In this document: piece after piece, positions 20,192-28,596 of the stretch
Layout of the letters: the number at the start of each line of letters is the position of its first letter
Numbering within the stretch: position 1 is the first letter of the stretch
NCBI GenBank assembly: GCA_963737905.1
Contig: CAVTUQ010000025.1
Coordinates: 192,001-256,000, forward strand
Reading direction: 5' to 3'
DNA: 64,000 nt
Source of the DNA: an uncultured delta proteobacterium
GTDB taxonomy: Bacteria > Desulfobacterota > Binatia > UBA9968
The notes under the pieces: generated by a model
The model's input: the letters and a program-made list of their open reading frames with translations, nothing else
Told to the model about the DNA's origin: nothing
Databases searched by the model: none
Program-made: the position numbers and the translations under genes

Positions 20192-20204
20192 CATTGGGTG
20201 CTAC

Positions 20205-20247
20205 GAAGCCCCGCCAAGAAGCATTCGGTAGAGCTTGCGGCTTTTTG
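20205..20247 (+). terminator. Possible intrinsic terminator after the tRNAs
   Basis: Imperfect stem AAGCC..GC..AAG / CTTGCGGCTT followed by a T run. Confidence 0.4.
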
Positions 20248-20526
20248 TCTCGACTTTTTCGTTCGCTGGGTACAGTGTCGATAAAGATCCGCTTAGCGGC
20301 GTGACCTTCATTCGTGATCTACTCAACGTAGTACCGCTTGATCCTCCTAGCCGAGTGCCGCACCGTTCACCAACGCTTGCTGTTACACGCAAGCTGACGT
20401 AAATGTGCTGAGTGTTTTTAAAGAGGCTTAGCGGCAAAGGTGCGACCGCAACAGGTTTTGAAACTGCAAAGAATTTATTCTCAATTGTGAGATAAAGCGT
20501 GATAAATAAAGACGAGCACCGCGATC

Positions 20527-21996
20527 GTGCCCATCCCTTCCATGAAAACTAACTCGAAATCACCCGCGCTACAGACAGCAGAAAGGGACAGTATCATCGT
20601 CTGTCAAACCAGCCAGGGCTACAGCGTCCGGGCAACCCCGCTTCGCATCACACGCGATGTGGTCGCTTTTGAGGTCTATAATCCATATAGCATCCTCCAG
20701 CTCTCCGAGGTTCTACAAGAATTCAGAATCATCGTTAATGAAAAGTTGATTTATTCGGGACGTGCAACGGTCAGCAATCTTCTGAACATAGGCATCATGC
20801 TGGTCTGCGAGGCCACACTAGACGAGGGCTGGCTCGAGGTGGATCTTTTCGCCCTGGTCACTCAGCCGAAAAGATTACGGGCTGATTTCATCGATTTTCT
20901 CAAGGAGTGGGAGAGGATCAACATCATTTTGCCTGAGTACAAGGTAGTCTTGGCCGATATACAGAACTATTTTATCGATCTCAACCGTTGGCTGGAGCAG
21001 GTAGAGTTAGGAATCCGCTCCTCATCCTCCCTCGATCGGCGAAAAATGGAGCTCGAGGTCATCCAAACGTTGGCGCCGACTATCCTACCTTCCATCGATA
21101 CCCTCTTTACAAGGTTCGAAGAGATCGCCGACAAAGTACCCGACGAACTCCTGCCGTTCCATAGGACCTACGCCAAACGGCAGCTCCATCCGCAGGTCCT
21201 CTGCTCGCCCTTCGCATACCGCACGTACCATAAGCCGCTTGGGTACGCCGGTGATTACGAAACAGTGAACATGATTCTGCGAGAGCCCCTGGAAGGGAGC
21301 TCGATGTTTGCCAAGACAATAAACACGTGGTTACTGAAACAACCTTCAGCGGAGGCGCATCGAAATCGGATCAAGTATCTCACCGCGCAACTCGTCAAAG
21401 AAACACATCGCATCGCTCAGCAAGGCTCGATCGCCCAAATTTTTAGTATCGGATGCGGACCGGCCGGAGAGGTAAAGAATTTCCTGATTCAAGAAGAGCT
21501 GTCTAACAAGGCCCGCTTCACGTTGTTAGACTTCAACGATGAAACGCTCCAGCATACGGCCAAGGTGCTCGACGAAGCCAAACAACAGCACCATCGCAGC
21601 ACCGAGATCGAGATGGTCAAGAAATCGGTCCATCAGATCCTCAAGGAAGCAGGCAAACAACCGGTAGATCAGAAGTATGATCTTATTTATTGCGCTGGCC
21701 TTTTCGATTATCTCTCGGATCGTGTTTGCAAGAGACTCATGAATATCCTGTACGATATGCTCGCCCCCTATGGTCTTCTCTTGGCAACCAATGTTCATGC
21801 GTCCAATCCCAACCGTAATAGCATGGATTTTTTTCTGGAGTGGCACCTTGTTCATCGAAACCACGCGCAATTGGAGCACCTCAAACCTGATCTCGCGCCC
21901 GAGGGAAGCTTTAGCGAAAACCAGGAAGTGACGGGCGTTAACATCTTTATCGAGGTAAGAAAGCCCAGTGAAACAAGCCATCTGGAACGATCCTGA
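20527..21996 (+). CDS. PhcB-like class I SAM-dependent methyltransferase (3-hydroxy fatty acid methyl ester synthase family)
   Basis: KPLGYAGDY, AHRNRI, SIGCGP, LLDFN, CAGLFDYL and LEWHLVHR. Followed by a kinase and a REC-kinase gene, as in phcBSR. Confidence 0.78.
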   Translation: MPIPSMKTNSKSPALQTAERDSIIVCQTSQGYSVRATPLRITRDVVAFEVYNPYSILQLSEVLQEFRIIVNEKLIYSGRATVSNLLNIGIMLVCEATLDEGWLEVDLFALVTQPKRLRADFIDFLKEWERINIILPEYKVVLADIQNYFIDLNRWLEQVELGIRSSSSLDRRKMELEVIQTLAPTILPSIDTLFTRFEEIADKVPDELLPFHRTYAKRQLHPQVLCSPFAYRTYHKPLGYAGDYETVNMILREPLEGSSMFAKTINTWLLKQPSAEAHRNRIKYLTAQLVKETHRIAQQGSIAQIFSIGCGPAGEVKNFLIQEELSNKARFTLLDFNDETLQHTAKVLDEAKQQHHRSTEIEMVKKSVHQILKEAGKQPVDQKYDLIYCAGLFDYLSDRVCKRLMNILYDMLAPYGLLLATNVHASNPNRNSMDFFLEWHLVHRNHAQLEHLKPDLAPEGSFSENQEVTGVNIFIEVRKPSETSHLERS

Positions 21997-24652
21997 ATTT
22001 CAGCAGGCGTTCCTCGACCACGAAAGGCAAGTGCGGATCAACACAGGCAAACTTGCTTGTGCACTGGTCGTCGTCTTAATGCCCTTCGGGGTCTTGCTCG
22101 ATTATGCAGTCTACCCCGATAAAGTTGGGTATTTCTTCAAGTTGAGGCTTCTCTGTTCTGTTTTAGTTGGCATTATCTGGCTGGTTCACCGAACGCGCTG
22201 GGCGAGAAACCATTACCGGCTACTCGGACTTCCGATCGTGATGCTGCCAGCCTTTTTTATTGCCTTCATGATTTTCGTTACCCACGGCGCTAGTTCTCCT
22301 TATTACGCTGGGCTAAATTTAATACTCCTCGCCGTTAGTGCTGTGGGACACTGGAGTTTTCGTGACACAATGATCTCTGTCACCAGTGTTATACTCATGT
22401 ATTTCGGCGCGTCCTATCTAAACGCAGCAAACTTTGACATTAGGAATTTCATCAACAATCTTTATTTTCTTGTCTTGACTGGCATTATCGTTGTTGCCGG
22501 AAATTATCTCTATACTCGACTGCTCTTTCGAGAATTCGAGGTTCGTTTTCAGTTGGACAGAAGTCGGCTGATGCTGGAGGAAAGCAACCGAAAACTCCTC
22601 GAGCTGGATCAAGTTAAAAGCCGTTTTTTCGCCAACATCAGCCACGAGTTGCGCACGCCTCTCACCCTTCTATTGGCTCCCTTGCAAACCCTCCTCCAAG
22701 AGCGTGGCTTAACCTTGGACCCTGAAAAGCGCCAGCTGCTTCTCATTATGCAAAGCAACGGCATGCGACTTCTCAAACTCATCAATGACTTGTTAGACTT
22801 GGTTCGGCTGGAATCCGGCAAGATGGAGGTGAAGCGAGATCCCATCGCCCTGGAGCCATTCTTACACGGTCTGGCCAATGCCGTGAAAAAAAGCGCCGAA
22901 GACCGAGGTCTGCGCCTCGAAGTGACCTCCGATCCGGCCATCAGCACCGTGCTTACCGACAGCGACAAGTTAGAACGAATTTTACTCAACCTATTGTTCA
23001 ACGCCCTTAAGTTTACTCCTGCCGGTGGAAAGGTTGAACTTGAGGCAAGGCACGAGAACGGCGAACTGGTGCTGCAAGTTTCCGACACGGGCACGGGCAT
23101 CAGCGAGGAACAGCTCCCGTTTATCTTCGACCGCTTTTGGCAGGCGGACACCTCATCCCAAAGAAAGTACCGCGGTGTGGGAATTGGATTGGCACTGGTG
23201 AAGGAGTTGGTAGAGATCCAGGGCGGGAAAGTCGCAGTCACCAGCGCGATCGGCAAGGGCACACAGTTTACAGTTCGCTTGCCTTACGAGGAGTTGGGTT
23301 GCCAGTTTTCACAGATGGCGGAAGAGGCTGAACGTCTCACTGCGCTTCCATCACCCCTAGTTTCAGCCGGGACAGATGGGAGACCCGACCCCTGGCCGAG
23401 AAATCTCGACAGGCAGGCGGTATTTTATCCCTCCATGACCTCGCTCAGAGAAACGATTCGGCCCGTGGAGACCTCCATTCACAGCGGGCAACCTCGCCTT
23501 CTCATTGCCGATGACGAGCCGGACATGCTCAAGTATCTGAAATCCCAGTTGAGCGTTGACTTTCAGGTGATCGAGGCGGTGGATGGTCAGCAGGCTGCCG
23601 AAAAAGCTAGCCAATTTTTGCCCGACGTGATTGTGTGCGACATGATGATGCCCGAAAAGAACGGACTTGAGGTTTGCCGTGAACTCAGAGAACGGACATC
23701 GACCCGTTCCATCCCTATCCTCTTGCTTACCGCCCGGGCGGATGAAGAAACCAAGCTCGCCGCGCTATCCGCAGGCGCAAACGACTTCATTACCAAACCG
23801 TTTTCCATGACCGAGTTGAGCGTCCGGCTGAAAAATCTTTTTGATACTCACAACCTGCAGCAGGAACTTGCCCGCCAGAACCAAATTCTCGAGGCCACAA
23901 TCGAGCAGCTGAAAGAGACCGAAGTCCAATTGGTGCACTCAGAAAAACTGGCATCACTAGGACGCATGAGCGCCGGCATTATTCATGAAATCAACAATCC
24001 GCTCAATTTCGCGAAAACCGCACTGTATGTGCTGCGCATTATGACTGAGTCATTGGGCGGAAATGAGAAAAAAGAATTTCGAGAGGTTCTCGAAGATATG
24101 GGCGAGGGTATCAATCGCATCAGCGGCATCGTATCGGATCTCCGCACTTTCACGCAACCCCATTTAACCCAACCCGAGACAGTTTCCGCTATGGAAGTGG
24201 TCAATTCGGCCTTGCGCCTCCTGAGTAACGAGTGGGAGAACAAAGTGAGAGTTGAAAAGGAAATCCCGGAAAACCAGACCATCTGGGCCAATCGCAACCA
24301 GATCACCCAAGTTCTGGTGAACCTGCTGCAAAATGCCCTGCATGCGCTGGCAAAGAAGCATTGCTCTGAAACTGGAGCCACCATCTGGATTCGCGGCCTC
24401 GAGGAAAACGGCGAGAGCCTCATTATCCTCCGGGATAATGGCGAAGGGATTACTTCTGAAAATCTTCCGAAAATTTTCGATCCGTTTTTTACTACCAAAG
24501 ATGTGGGTGAGGGCATGGGACTTGGGCTTAGTATCTGTTACCGTATCATGAAGCAGCACGGCGGGCGCATCCAGGTGCAGAGCGAACCCGGTACCTATTC
24601 CGTATTCACATTACACTTTCCACAGAAACCAATAAACTCAATGCCCGCTTGA
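21968..24652 (+). CDS. Membrane hybrid sensor kinase, TM-HisKA-HATPase-REC-HisKA-HATPase (PhcS position)
   Basis: About 6 TM helices with SPYYAGL; SHELRTPL; REC IADDE/CDMMMP/TKPF; second H-box IHEINNPL and GMGLGL. Confidence 0.9.
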   Translation: MKQAIWNDPEFQQAFLDHERQVRINTGKLACALVVVLMPFGVLLDYAVYPDKVGYFFKLRLLCSVLVGIIWLVHRTRWARNHYRLLGLPIVMLPAFFIAFMIFVTHGASSPYYAGLNLILLAVSAVGHWSFRDTMISVTSVILMYFGASYLNAANFDIRNFINNLYFLVLTGIIVVAGNYLYTRLLFREFEVRFQLDRSRLMLEESNRKLLELDQVKSRFFANISHELRTPLTLLLAPLQTLLQERGLTLDPEKRQLLLIMQSNGMRLLKLINDLLDLVRLESGKMEVKRDPIALEPFLHGLANAVKKSAEDRGLRLEVTSDPAISTVLTDSDKLERILLNLLFNALKFTPAGGKVELEARHENGELVLQVSDTGTGISEEQLPFIFDRFWQADTSSQRKYRGVGIGLALVKELVEIQGGKVAVTSAIGKGTQFTVRLPYEELGCQFSQMAEEAERLTALPSPLVSAGTDGRPDPWPRNLDRQAVFYPSMTSLRETIRPVETSIHSGQPRLLIADDEPDMLKYLKSQLSVDFQVIEAVDGQQAAEKASQFLPDVIVCDMMMPEKNGLEVCRELRERTSTRSIPILLLTARADEETKLAALSAGANDFITKPFSMTELSVRLKNLFDTHNLQQELARQNQILEATIEQLKETEVQLVHSEKLASLGRMSAGIIHEINNPLNFAKTALYVLRIMTESLGGNEKKEFREVLEDMGEGINRISGIVSDLRTFTQPHLTQPETVSAMEVVNSALRLLSNEWENKVRVEKEIPENQTIWANRNQITQVLVNLLQNALHALAKKHCSETGATIWIRGLEENGESLIILRDNGEGITSENLPKIFDPFFTTKDVGEGMGLGLSICYRIMKQHGGRIQVQSEPGTYSVFTLHFPQKPINSMPA

Positions 24653-24661
24653 GGAGAAATT

Positions 24662-25924
24662 ATGGAGATTTTTTACGACTATCAGAACTGCGCAATTCTT
24701 TATGTAGACGACGAAGAAATGTCGCTCAAATATTTTACCCGAGCCTTTGGAAGTAAATTCCGGGTTTTCAGCGCGGCCAACGCCTCTGACGGTTACCGGC
24801 TCCTGGAACAACATCGACATGAGATCGGGCTTCTGATGACGGACCAGCGGATGCCGGGTGAAAAAGGAGTGCAATTTTTAGAGCGAGCGCGCCAATTGCA
24901 TCCGCGGGCGATTCGTATTCTGACCACGGCGTACTCCGATCTCGATGTCGCCATCGAGGCGGTCAACTCGGGGGCCATTTATAAATATGTCACCAAGCCC
25001 TGGGACATTCCTCAGCTGGAGGTGACTCTTCGGCGGGCCTTGGAATTTTTTATTGTCCAGCGGGAGAGAGATCTACTTCTCAAAGAAAAGCTTTCAGCGC
25101 TGCAGAGGATGTTGATCACCGACCGGGTCCTCAGTTTGGGAATTCTGGCCGCCCGACTGGGCCACTATATGCGCAATTCACTCGTCGCTGTTCGAACCTT
25201 TTTGGATCTCGCTCCGGAGAAGCTCCTCGAGGAAAAGGTCGATGCGGAACGCATGCGAAATCCAAACTTTTGGAAGGAGTTCTACGAGCAAGCCCAGGTT
25301 CAAATCCGACGCATTACAGGTTTATTAACCGACCTCGTCATTGCGACTGAAAGAAGCGACTCCCCGAGCCTCCAGGAATTGCAACTGGATGAAACCGTTG
25401 CAGGTAGCGTTGAAAAGTTAAAAGACAGTTTGTTACAAAATGGTATCACGGTCATGAATCAAATTCCCGCCGGGCTCCCGCTCTTATTGGTGGAGCATGA
25501 AAAATTTCAACGTCTCTTCGACCTGCTGCTGAAGGATGAGATCATCAGCTTGCCCCCCGGAAGTCACATCTTCCTCACCGCACGCTTGGGCTCCGGGGCA
25601 GAGGAAGAAGTGGAATTTGAGCTGCGGGATGACGGTCCGGGGCTACCTAGAGAGGCGCTACGTTCGGTATTCGATCCCTTTTCTCTTCCCATAGGGGACC
25701 ACCATGAATTCGGTATTAATCTTATGGCCTGTTACTTCATCATCTATCATCACGGCGGGAGAATCGACGTCCAAAACCAAGAGGGTCAGGGTGTCACTTT
25801 CACCCTGACCTTTCCCGTGCGACCGAAAATGGCCTCACCCGAGGAAGAGGAGGAGGCCTTTATCACCAAAGTACTGATGAATGATGCGTTCTGGGAAAGA
25901 CTAGTGGCTGGCGAGAGCCAATAG
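24662..25924 (+). CDS. Response regulator with degenerate histidine-kinase output (PhcR/PhcQ-like)
   Basis: LYVDDE, TDQRMPG, TKPW; H-box GHYMRN; DDGPG present but N and G2 boxes degenerate. Confidence 0.82.
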   Translation: MEIFYDYQNCAILYVDDEEMSLKYFTRAFGSKFRVFSAANASDGYRLLEQHRHEIGLLMTDQRMPGEKGVQFLERARQLHPRAIRILTTAYSDLDVAIEAVNSGAIYKYVTKPWDIPQLEVTLRRALEFFIVQRERDLLLKEKLSALQRMLITDRVLSLGILAARLGHYMRNSLVAVRTFLDLAPEKLLEEKVDAERMRNPNFWKEFYEQAQVQIRRITGLLTDLVIATERSDSPSLQELQLDETVAGSVEKLKDSLLQNGITVMNQIPAGLPLLLVEHEKFQRLFDLLLKDEIISLPPGSHIFLTARLGSGAEEEVEFELRDDGPGLPREALRSVFDPFSLPIGDHHEFGINLMACYFIIYHHGGRIDVQNQEGQGVTFTLTFPVRPKMASPEEEEEAFITKVLMNDAFWERLVAGESQ

Positions 25925-26362
25925 TTAACGCAACAAATCCAAGCAATAAAACAGCCTGTTTCGCCCAGTTGGTTTTCTTAGTGGAGGGGTTGGCATGCCG
26001 TGAGACTAAAACCATAAGATTACTATCCACGCGATAGCGCACCCACCCAACAGTCCAAATATTTTCGCTTTTTATGTCTCGCCTGACTCATGGCTCTTGT
26101 CTGCCATCAAGGCTCGCGGGCCCATCTGACGGAACCGGCGGCCTCGGCACTGCAGCGCGACGATCGGGCTTGCGTAATGCCCGGCGCATAGAGGGAGCTT
26201 GATCTCTCGCGATAAGTCCTCCGCGAGCTGAGTTCTGACGAGGAAACCGGATGCGTGAGGCAACTGCTTTGGGATTTCACATCCCAGATCCCGTTTTATA
26301 CAGGGGTAAAGAATTCGCTTAGAAAGCCTTCTAATAAAATAAAAAATTTGGTATCTAAGCCC

Positions 26363-27247
26363 ATGGCTCGGAACGCCTTCGACGTGCAAGGATATCTGCT
26401 CGAGAGTAAATTGCTCGTTGACCGTGCATTGGACCGTTACCTTAAACCAAACCACAAAATGTCTCTTCTTCGTCAAGCCGTTTGTTACAGTGTCTTAGAC
26501 GGAGGCAAACGGTTCCGTCCGACATTGACATTGGCCGTGGGGGAATTGTTTGGTGCCAAACGGAGAATTTTGTTGTCTTTTGCTTGCGCCATTGAACTAA
26601 TTCATTGCTATTCACTGATCCACGACGACCTGCCGGCGCTGGATAATGACGATTTGCGTCGGGGAAAACTGTCGTGCCACAAACGGTTTGGCGAAGCGAT
26701 CGCCCTTTTGGCCGGAGATGCACTACTCACGGAAGCCTTCTTCGTGATGTCGGATCCCCGGGTGGCACGGCTGTTAGGCGCTCCCCTGATCTCAAAGCTT
26801 ATTCGAGAGGTCTCTGACGCCGCCAGCATTAGAGGAATGATTGGCGGACAGAGTACCGAGCTCGAATTAGTCAAGCGTAAGGTCACGCCCGCTGTTCTAG
26901 AAGGCCTGGACCGTTTGAAGACCGGCGCGTTGATCACCACAGCGGCCCGTGTCGGAGCGATGATCGGCGGCGCATCACGCAGAGATCTCAACAGGGTTAC
27001 TCGATACGCACAATCTTTGGGTTTGGCGTTTCAGATCACAGATGACATTTTGGACGCCCACGAAGTTTCCCGCGACAACTCGAATCACAAAGGGATAGCC
27101 AATTATGTATCCGTAACGGGACCCGGCAGAGCGAATGAACGTGTTAAAAGCCTTTTGACAGCCTGCTTGAGAGAAATGCAGCCTTACGGCAGTGCAGCGG
27201 AACCTTTGCGAGAAATTGCCCGCTACGTGGCCCAAAGAACAGCGTAA
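26363..27247 (+). CDS. ispA: Farnesyl/geranyl diphosphate synthase (polyprenyl synthetase)
   Basis: GGKRFRP, LIHDDLPALDNDDLRRG, KTGAL and FQITDDILD. Confidence 0.88.
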   Translation: MARNAFDVQGYLLESKLLVDRALDRYLKPNHKMSLLRQAVCYSVLDGGKRFRPTLTLAVGELFGAKRRILLSFACAIELIHCYSLIHDDLPALDNDDLRRGKLSCHKRFGEAIALLAGDALLTEAFFVMSDPRVARLLGAPLISKLIREVSDAASIRGMIGGQSTELELVKRKVTPAVLEGLDRLKTGALITTAARVGAMIGGASRRDLNRVTRYAQSLGLAFQITDDILDAHEVSRDNSNHKGIANYVSVTGPGRANERVKSLLTACLREMQPYGSAAEPLREIARYVAQRTA

Positions 27248-27416
27248 GACGGGGAAGCGTAATCTGATCGATTCGTGAAATCGGAGGGCAGAAAAAAGGA
27301 CAAGGAGCTAGACATGGGCTCCGAATCGACGTAAAGGGGAATAGATCGGATCAACAACACTAAGGAGTTAAACCGCGAGGTTGCCAGCCTTAGCCCTATG
27401 AAAGGGAGGATGAAAC

Positions 27417-28574
27417 ATGCTGCCTTTTAGCAACGAACGCGCCATGTCCAAACTGACCTCGCCTTCTAGGTCAGATCGTATCGATCGTGCGCGGCGAAAA
27501 CTATGGCTCAGCGATGATGATTTTCAGTCGGAGATGTTAAAGGGGGTTTCCCGCACATTTGCCTTGACCATCCCACAGCTTCCGGCGGAGCTTTGTCGAG
27601 TCGTCTCCAATGCCTATCTCCTTTGCCGCATAGTCGACACGATCGAAGACGAGCCGTCTTTGAGTGGCGTGCAAAAAGACTCCTTTTGCCAACAGTTTGT
27701 GAAGACCCTAAACGTGGGCCGAAACGCTGAGCCGTTTTCTCGGCAACTGGGAGCAGCCCTCTCCAGCCAAACACCCACCGCCGAACACGAACTGATTCGC
27801 AACGTTCCTCGTGTCATTCGGATCACGCGCGGCTTCTCTGAACCACAGCGTGAAGCGCTGCTGCAGTGTGTCCGTACCATGGCCAAGGGAATGGGCCGAT
27901 TCCAGCTTCGGGGCGAAAAACATGGATTGCACAGCTTGGAAGACCTCGATCAATACTGCTACTACGTCGCAGGCGTTGTGGGCGAGATGTTAACCCGCCT
28001 GTTTTGTCTTCACTCACCGGAAGTCGCCAAGCAGCGCGATGCCCTGATGGCTTTGGGGGTCTCCTTCGGCCAGGGCCTGCAGATGACCAACATTCTCAAA
28101 GACGTCTGGGAGGATTATCAGCACGGCGCCTGTTGGTTGCCCCGAAAGATCTTCGCCGAAGAAGGCTTCGATCTCAGTGATTTAACGAAAACCCGAAACC
28201 GGCAAGGGTTCGAGCGTGGCGTTCAGCGTCTAGTCGGCATCGCGCATCGACACTTAAGAAACGCGTTGGCTTATACTTTACTGATTCCGAAACAGGAAAC
28301 TGGCATCCGTAACTTCTGCCTCTGGGCGATCGGCTTGGCCGTATTAACCTTGCGCAAGATCAACAATCACCTCGAGTACACGGACGGAAGCCAGGTGAAG
28401 ATATCGCGGCTGAGCGTCAAGGGAACCATCTTAGCAACCCAGCTGACGCGACAAAACGAGACTTTCCTGAAGCTTATCTTCTATTTTGCTGCATGGCCGT
28501 TGCCATTGGATTTTCACCCAACCGGCTCGCCATCACAGGGTGTAAGAACCGATAGAGCGAATCGGGCACTTTGA
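27417..28574 (+). CDS. Squalene synthase (single-enzyme farnesyl-diphosphate farnesyltransferase type)
   Basis: VSRTFALTI, YLLCRIVDTIED, YCYYVAGVVG and GLQMTNILKD. AGGGAGG RBS. Confidence 0.85.
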   Translation: MLPFSNERAMSKLTSPSRSDRIDRARRKLWLSDDDFQSEMLKGVSRTFALTIPQLPAELCRVVSNAYLLCRIVDTIEDEPSLSGVQKDSFCQQFVKTLNVGRNAEPFSRQLGAALSSQTPTAEHELIRNVPRVIRITRGFSEPQREALLQCVRTMAKGMGRFQLRGEKHGLHSLEDLDQYCYYVAGVVGEMLTRLFCLHSPEVAKQRDALMALGVSFGQGLQMTNILKDVWEDYQHGACWLPRKIFAEEGFDLSDLTKTRNRQGFERGVQRLVGIAHRHLRNALAYTLLIPKQETGIRNFCLWAIGLAVLTLRKINNHLEYTDGSQVKISRLSVKGTILATQLTRQNETFLKLIFYFAAWPLPLDFHPTGSPSQGVRTDRANRAL

Positions 28575-28596
28575 GTTCACTGGACGGCCTGACTTC

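Noticed and set aside
20150-20330. tRNA-Glu as an island attachment site, with a minus-strand frame ending VVPTGFEPVLPT
   Set aside because: That peptide is simply the tRNA reverse complement. I found no integrase and no duplicated tRNA 3' end by eye.
20453-20468. Sigma54 promoter upstream of the PhcB-like gene (AGGTTTTGAAACTGCA)
   Set aside because: GG/GC spacing fits, but the flanking consensus (TGGCAC...TTGC) is poor.
26072-26330. Possible small gene or ncRNA between the PhcR-like gene and ispA
   Set aside because: No recognisable protein in the minus-strand frames I translated and no RNA family motif I can support.
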